64,000 bases of DNA, from contig JAVZHQ010000001.1 of the NCBI GenBank assembly GCA_038998335.1, positions 64,001-128,000 on the forward strand, written 5' to 3'. The position numbers were made by a program, and so were the translations under genes. A model generated the notes under the pieces. It was given only the letters and a program-made list of their open reading frames with translations, was not told where the DNA came from and did not search any database. Below, piece by piece: positions 58,993 through 64,000 of this stretch; positions within the stretch are counted from its first letter, which is position 1; each line of letters begins with the position of its first letter. Source of the DNA: Candidatus Aenigmatarchaeota archaeon (GTDB lineage: Archaea; Aenigmatarchaeota; Aenigmatarchaeia; CG10238-14; SCSR01).

Positions 58993-60129
58993 TTGGTAAT
59001 CATGGAAAGAATACCGAAAGCTTTGTTAGAAGTAGAAAATTATATGAAAGTTAACCTTATAGAAACTTTTGGAATTCCTAAGGAAAACGAGCAAATGGGT
59101 TTAGCTATAGAGGAATACTTAAGCAGGGGAGGAAAATACCTTAGGCCAGGTTTGGTTTGGTCGACAGTTAAAGCATATGAAGTAAGAAAACCAGAAGATT
59201 CCATCTGGGCAGCGATTTCATTAAGCTTCGATCATAACTGGTTTTTGATTCACGATGATATAGAAGACAATTCAAGGCTAAGAAGAGGAAAGCCTTGTTT
59301 ACACATACTTTATGGAATAGATAATGCAATAAATTATGGCGATTACTTAAGAACTTTAGCAGAAATGGCTTTGGAAAAAGGAAAGAAAAATTGGGGGCTT
59401 AAAACTTATTCAAAACTTATTTCTGCAAGACAGGAAATGCTTAAAACAACTTGTGAAGGACAAGACTTAGAGTTTGTCTTAAGGAAAAAACCTTTGAGAG
59501 AAACTACAGAAGAAAAAGTTTTTAAAATCCTAGAGAAAAAGTCAGCTTTCTACACAGTATTTACACCTTACCGCTACGGAGCAATAATTTCAGGAGTAAA
59601 TGATAAGGAAATAGAAGAGCTTAAGCCTGCTTTAATGAAAATAGGAATTGCTTTTCAGATTCAGGATGATGTTCTTGATTTAACAGTAGAGAAAGAACAA
59701 GAAAAAGGTGAAGCTACTTTAAAAGCTCAAAAGTTTGGAAAGGATTGGGCAGGGGATTTGGAGGAAATGAAAAGAACTTTGCTGATAGCAAAAGTTTTAG
59801 AAAAAGCTGATAGCGAAGACAAAAAATACTTGCTAAGAATGTTGGATAATGAGGGAAGGATGAAAAGGCTTGTAGCTATGAGAGATTCTTTAAAAGATAA
59901 AGGTCTGGAAAATTCCTCTCAATATAGAAAAGTTCAAGGAAGAATTGATGAAATTAAGCTAAAAGTCATAGAAATCATGAATAAGTATAGTGTGATAGAT
60001 GAGGCAAAAGAAAAAGCAAAAGAGCTTTATGAGCAAGGAATAGTAAAAGTAGAGGAAGCTTTACCTGCTACTGAAGGAAAAAAAGATGTTTTAGATTTGT
60101 TAAAGTTTGCAGTGTTTAGGCACTTCTAG
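58993..60129 (+). CDS. Polyprenyl/geranylgeranyl diphosphate synthase
   Basis: GGKYLRP, LIHDDIEDNSRLRRG, GQDLE, AFQIQDD, DLEEMKRT. Confidence 0.9.
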   Translation: MVIMERIPKALLEVENYMKVNLIETFGIPKENEQMGLAIEEYLSRGGKYLRPGLVWSTVKAYEVRKPEDSIWAAISLSFDHNWFLIHDDIEDNSRLRRGKPCLHILYGIDNAINYGDYLRTLAEMALEKGKKNWGLKTYSKLISARQEMLKTTCEGQDLEFVLRKKPLRETTEEKVFKILEKKSAFYTVFTPYRYGAIISGVNDKEIEELKPALMKIGIAFQIQDDVLDLTVEKEQEKGEATLKAQKFGKDWAGDLEEMKRTLLIAKVLEKADSEDKKYLLRMLDNEGRMKRLVAMRDSLKDKGLENSSQYRKVQGRIDEIKLKVIEIMNKYSVIDEAKEKAKELYEQGIVKVEEALPATEGKKDVLDLLKFAVFRHF

Positions 60130-60142
60130 AAAAGCTTATAAG
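60129..60142 (+). promoter_or_regulatory. Putative BRE-TATA for the BHB ncRNA
   Basis: GAAAAG-CTTATAAG about 25 nt upstream of the structure start at 60165/6. Confidence 0.55.
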
Positions 60143-60164
60143 TTGAGAAAAAAATAAAGTTAAA

Positions 60165-60270
60165 TGTAGTTAAGGAGGAAGTTTAGAATTCAGTAGCTAA
60201 CAGCTACGCTTTCCTTGGCTTATAAAAAGCTGAGGAAAGTCAAAAATTCTAAACCTCGAACTTAACTACG
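60165..60270 (+). ncRNA. Unassigned structured RNA with strict hBHBh' motif and 3-way junction
   Basis: 9-bp outer helix, GAGG/CCTC central helix, AAG and GAA bulges, 9-bp inner helix, two hairpins; G-U pairs favour + strand. Confidence 0.75.
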
Positions 60271-60287
60271 AAAAATTTAAAAAATTA

Positions 60288-60296
60288 TCTTTTTTT
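60288..60296 (+). terminator. T-tract putative terminator of the ncRNA
   Basis: TCTTTTTTT downstream of the structure. Confidence 0.4.
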
Positions 60297-60319
60297 ATTA
60301 GAAAACCTAACTTAATAGT

Positions 60320-60730
60320 ATGAGAAAAGCTCAGGCTGCCTTGGAGTATTTGGTTCTCGTTTCAGTTGCACTTTTGATATTTGGTGGAATTCTTTACTAT
60401 TTTCAAATTTCAAAAAACAGCTTTTCTAATGATGTAAGAGTTTCGCAACTCAGAAATGCAGTCGATTGGATGATAAGCTCAGCTAACATGGTTTGTATGC
60501 AAGGCGAGCCTGCAAGCGTTATTTCTCAAGTTTACATTCCTTCAGGAGTAAAAGACGCTTATTTTGATGATAAAAAAATAGTTTATAACTTGACTGTTGA
60601 TTCTAGTGTGACTCATGTTTATGGGGAAGCTTTGTGCAAACTAAACGGAACTTTACCAAGAGGAGAAGGAAACTATAGAGTTCTTGTTAAAATGCAGGGT
60701 GATTATGTTAACATTACCTATAGGTTTTAA
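60320..60730 (+). CDS. Pilin-like protein (class III signal)
   Basis: MRKA|QAALEYLVLV. Confidence 0.85.
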   Translation: MRKAQAALEYLVLVSVALLIFGGILYYFQISKNSFSNDVRVSQLRNAVDWMISSANMVCMQGEPASVISQVYIPSGVKDAYFDDKKIVYNLTVDSSVTHVYGEALCKLNGTLPRGEGNYRVLVKMQGDYVNITYRF

Positions 60731-61112
60731 GGCTCAGGTTGTGGGAGAATTCATTTATTTATTCGGAGCTTTTTGCTTTTTTCTAGTTGCTTTCATAGCA
60801 GCTTATACTTGGAGAAATACTCAAATTCAAGAGCAAAGCATGATTTTTGAGGTTCAGAGAATAGGTGATGAGGCTGCAAATCAAATAAATTTAGCTCATT
60901 TAAGTGGAGATGGTTTTTCAAAAGAATATTACTTGCCTGAAAAAATAGGGACGTTTATTTATAACATAACCATTTACGGAAACGTTTTAATCATAAACAC
61001 AACAAAAACTTCCTATTCCGTTGCATTAATCACAAGCAATATTAATGGAAACTTTACTTTTGGAAAAAATTTAATAAAAAATATTGATGGGATGGTGAAC
61101 ATAAGTGCTTAA
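60705..61112 (+). CDS. Pilin-like protein
   Basis: KA|QVVGEFI, from ATG 60705. Confidence 0.75.
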   Translation: MLTLPIGFKAQVVGEFIYLFGAFCFFLVAFIAAYTWRNTQIQEQSMIFEVQRIGDEAANQINLAHLSGDGFSKEYYLPEKIGTFIYNITIYGNVLIINTTKTSYSVALITSNINGNFTFGKNLIKNIDGMVNISA

Positions 61113-61614
61113 GAAAAAAGCTCAGGTTTTCACTTTTGATGTTTTTATGAGCTTAATATTTTTTGTTAGCGTTTTTGTTATTTGGCTTATCATAACCAAT
61201 CAGTTAGTTGAACAGGCAAGTTATGCTTATGAAATTAACATGCTCGATAAAAAATTGCAAAGGGCTTCTGACCTGCTTATAAGAAGCAAAGGAGTACCAG
61301 AAGATTGGGATTCAAATAACGTGAAAGCTTTTGGTTTAGCAGGAGATACAGAATATATAGTGAGCGAAGAGAAAATTTCAAAATTTTTGAGCGCAGGTAT
61401 AGATAAAATTAAAAGTAGTCTTGGTTTTGGTGGCTACAATTTATACATAAGATTTGCTAACATTACAGGAGATGATTTTGACCCAGCAAACCCTTATGAG
61501 ATAGGAAGCTTTCCGAACAACCCAAAAATTGTAGTTTCAATAAAGAGGTATTTCCTGATAGATTTTAACGGAAATAGAGATTTGGCTATGATGCAAATGA
61601 TTGTGTGGCGATAA
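61105..61614 (+). CDS. Pilin-like protein
   Basis: KKKA|QVFTFDVF, GVPEDW. Confidence 0.8.
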   Translation: MLKKKAQVFTFDVFMSLIFFVSVFVIWLIITNQLVEQASYAYEINMLDKKLQRASDLLIRSKGVPEDWDSNNVKAFGLAGDTEYIVSEEKISKFLSAGIDKIKSSLGFGGYNLYIRFANITGDDFDPANPYEIGSFPNNPKIVVSIKRYFLIDFNGNRDLAMMQMIVWR

Positions 61615-61616
61615 AA

Positions 61617-64000
61617 ATGAAAGGCCAGGTTTTTTCGTTAGAGGCAATTCTGGCAATTTCTTTATTAGTAATTTTTGCTATAGTTGTTTCTTTTATTGGT
61701 GTAACTTCATTCTTCCAACATCAAACTTATGAAAGGTTTCACTATATTTCTCAAGATTCCGTTCAACTTTTAATCAAAACAAGAGTCTCTGATTGGAAAG
61801 AAAAACTACAAGAGTTGTTTGATGAGGGAGTTTTAACAGAAAACGATTTGGATAAAAGTTTGCTCGACATTATAGGTAGCTTTTGGACCAAAGGAGATAT
61901 AGAAAATGCAAAGAAAGTAACTGAATTGATCCTAAACTTGTCTATTCCTGAAAATCTAGGTTATGAAGTTTCTATAGATGAAGATACCATAGCTAAAAGA
62001 GAAAAGCCGTTGAAGGCTCTACTTTCTGTCTCTACGACTACTGTTTCAGGTTATGCTATAGGAAAACCTGTAGAAGGATATATGTCAACAGCTTTTCTAA
62101 GAGAAGTAGAGAAAAAAGAAACTTGTAAAGTAATTTCTGTCGAACAAGAAGGAAGTGGTTGGTCATCTCTAAAAAAAGTTATAGGAGTAAGCTATCCTTT
62201 TCATCTATTTAGAGCTCCAGGGTCTGGTTGTGATGATCCGACAATAACAATAATGGCGTTAAATGACTCAATTTACATTCTTCAGTACTACAATCCTGGA
62301 CAAGGTTGGCAAACTATACTACAAAAAGAAATATTAAACAAATCATTACATGTGATATCAAATTATTCTACAGCAAATTTTCCCATAAGTGTTAAGCCTG
62401 GATATTTTAGAGTACTTTCTCCGTACGAAGTAAGTATAAATGTTATGACCGCAGAAGGTTCTGATATAACTACATTGTCAACAGATCCTTCAATAAAGTA
62501 CACAGGAACAGAGTTTATTTTACTTGGTAACGCAAGAGGAACTTTTGAAGGTCAGTGTAATATTCGTGGAGGAGGGTGCAATGATAGAAGACATTGTTTT
62601 ATGGTAAGAGGGTTTGCATTTGAGGATAACACAGAAATAAACATCTCTTACCTTAACAAAGTTCCTTTTGAAGGTGTAGCAGTTTTTCTTTGGGACGAGC
62701 CGGGATGGACTTTAGTTAAAACGTTGAGGGCAAACGCTACTCAACCTTTTGACAGTAATCAAACCTGTATTAACGTGCCTAACGGAAATTCTTATACCGC
62801 GTTAAAAGTTGTTACAAATAAACCAATACTGCTTTATAGGGCCACTCATATGGACGAGATGGATATGATGATAGCCGATACAGGAACGAATTGGGGTAAA
62901 ATTTTGTATTTTGCTATGTATCAAGAATGCTATAGTTCGTCAGGTAATTATGATCCACGAAGACCTTTACTTTTCTATGTTTATAATAGAGGTAAGAATG
63001 CAGGGAAAGTTAAATTACAAGTTTATAAGGGGTTTAATTACACTACTGGTGCTAGGTCTTATGGAAGTTATACTCCTGGATGGAATGACTGTACAGAAAT
63101 TTCACTAGATGCTGGGCACATGAATGTTATTGATGTAGATAAAAGTTGTGGTACACTTGCTCGAACTGACAAAGGGGGGAGAGAATCTTTCTGGAGGTTG
63201 ATTTCAGATGTAGATATAGGTGCTTTGGCCGGAGGAGATTTAAACTGTAGGATGTGGGGAACTATTTCAGACGTATATATGGAACTTCCCGCAGTTGATG
63301 AAGAATGGACGACTTTCGAAACACACATGCTTTATGGCGGGAATCCTTGGAGCGATGATGTTACATGGGGATGCAGTTGTTCAGGAGATTGTAGAACAAC
63401 TTGTCCTCCTAATGGAAATTGTTGGTGGCCTTATGGCGGACAAGAATTTCTAGCAACGGTAGGGCCTGTAGAGATTACTGTTAAGCCTGAAGGTCAAATT
63501 GGTAATGTTAATATCACCTACGTTTGTGCAGGTTATTGTGCGATTGAAGATTCTGCTGGTCTGCATGTGTTAGACAATACAACATACACTCCTCAAAAAA
63601 TTGAAGTTAAAGGAAGCTTAAGAAAATTTATTTTAGGAGGAAACAATTCTAATCTATTCTGGGGTTTAGAAAAAAGGCCACCAGAAAGTCCATACGTGGC
63701 TACTGCTCAAAAATGGATATTTGAAGGGAATGAGAAGTTTAGATTCTATCAAGGAGGATCTGGAAATTGTTGGATTTTAACAATAAATCCTTATTCGATG
63801 CAGGAAAAAGTATCTGCAAGAGAGGCACCGTTTCCGTACATACCTCCTCCAAAAAGTGCTACAGGACCATTATATGTTACAAAAAAATTCTCTTTGCCAA
63901 GTGATGCAGTAATCAAAAGAGCTAATTTAGTTATAAGTCTACATGAAGGTTACGGCACTCCTGAACCAGTATCGATAAGTATAAACGGTAATAAAGTATG
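61617..64000 (+). CDS. Large pilin-like adhesin (partial; runs off window)
   Basis: MKG|QVFSLEAILA start; frame appears open to the window end, Cys/Gly-rich; absent from track because no stop. Confidence 0.75.
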   Translation, partial: MKGQVFSLEAILAISLLVIFAIVVSFIGVTSFFQHQTYERFHYISQDSVQLLIKTRVSDWKEKLQELFDEGVLTENDLDKSLLDIIGSFWTKGDIENAKKVTELILNLSIPENLGYEVSIDEDTIAKREKPLKALLSVSTTTVSGYAIGKPVEGYMSTAFLREVEKKETCKVISVEQEGSGWSSLKKVIGVSYPFHLFRAPGSGCDDPTITIMALNDSIYILQYYNPGQGWQTILQKEILNKSLHVISNYSTANFPISVKPGYFRVLSPYEVSINVMTAEGSDITTLSTDPSIKYTGTEFILLGNARGTFEGQCNIRGGGCNDRRHCFMVRGFAFEDNTEINISYLNKVPFEGVAVFLWDEPGWTLVKTLRANATQPFDSNQTCINVPNGNSYTALKVVTNKPILLYRATHMDEMDMMIADTGTNWGKILYFAMYQECYSSSGNYDPRRPLLFYVYNRGKNAGKVKLQVYKGFNYTTGARSYGSYTPGWNDCTEISLDAGHMNVIDVDKSCGTLARTDKGGRESFWRLISDVDIGALAGGDLNCRMWGTISDVYMELPAVDEEWTTFETHMLYGGNPWSDDVTWGCSCSGDCRTTCPPNGNCWWPYGGQEFLATVGPVEITVKPEGQIGNVNITYVCAGYCAIEDSAGLHVLDNTTYTPQKIEVKGSLRKFILGGNNSNLFWGLEKRPPESPYVATAQKWIFEGNEKFRFYQGGSGNCWILTINPYSMQEKVSAREAPFPYIPPPKSATGPLYVTKKFSLPSDAVIKRANLVISLHEGYGTPEPVSISINGNKV

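Noticed and set aside
60165-60270. Simple terminator, hammerhead ribozyme, 5S rRNA, SRP RNA or tRNA half
   Set aside because: No hammerhead core in the right junction context, no tRNA arms and no 5S/SRP motifs recognised; the structure is far more elaborate than a terminator.
92-63328. Numerous short antisense or overlapping ORFs in the track (e.g. 92-406, 358-639, 23678-24091, 48754-49170, 56876-57082, 62911-63108, 63068-63328)
   Set aside because: Shadow frames of well-supported genes with no recognisable motifs.

Overview
Low-GC archaeal chromosome segment. Gene content suggests a DPANN-type archaeon, possibly Aenigmarchaeota-like (inference). 1-10.8 kb: conserved exosome/proteasome/RNase P/ribosomal-protein superoperon plus FEN1, GlyRS and SepF. 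10.9-28.9 kb: a GH5, two tRNA-Pro genes (one with an 18-nt variable-loop insertion), an intein-containing HerA-like ATPase and five large secreted modular proteins sharing a conserved domain. 29-52 kb: Ku, a LigD-type ligase and a separate LigD-type polymerase (NHEJ), pyrG, a type IV pilus locus, eS26 and a surface-protein/radical SAM cluster. 52-64 kb: metabolic genes, an RNA-ligation neighbourhood and a second pilin cluster. Main observation: the tRNA ligase gene rtcB is interrupted by an 18-nt insertion carrying two stops. It folds as a bulge-helix-bulge (BHB) intron whose predicted cut sites restore the conserved DxHxGYGFPIGG motif exactly, so RtcB mRNA appears to need EndA/RtcB splicing to make RtcB. 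Nearby are archease, a LAGLIDADG gene overlapping the rtcB start and a free-standing, promoter-flanked structured element with a strict BHB, predicted to release a 79-nt circular RNA. All calls come from reading the sequence; no searches were run.
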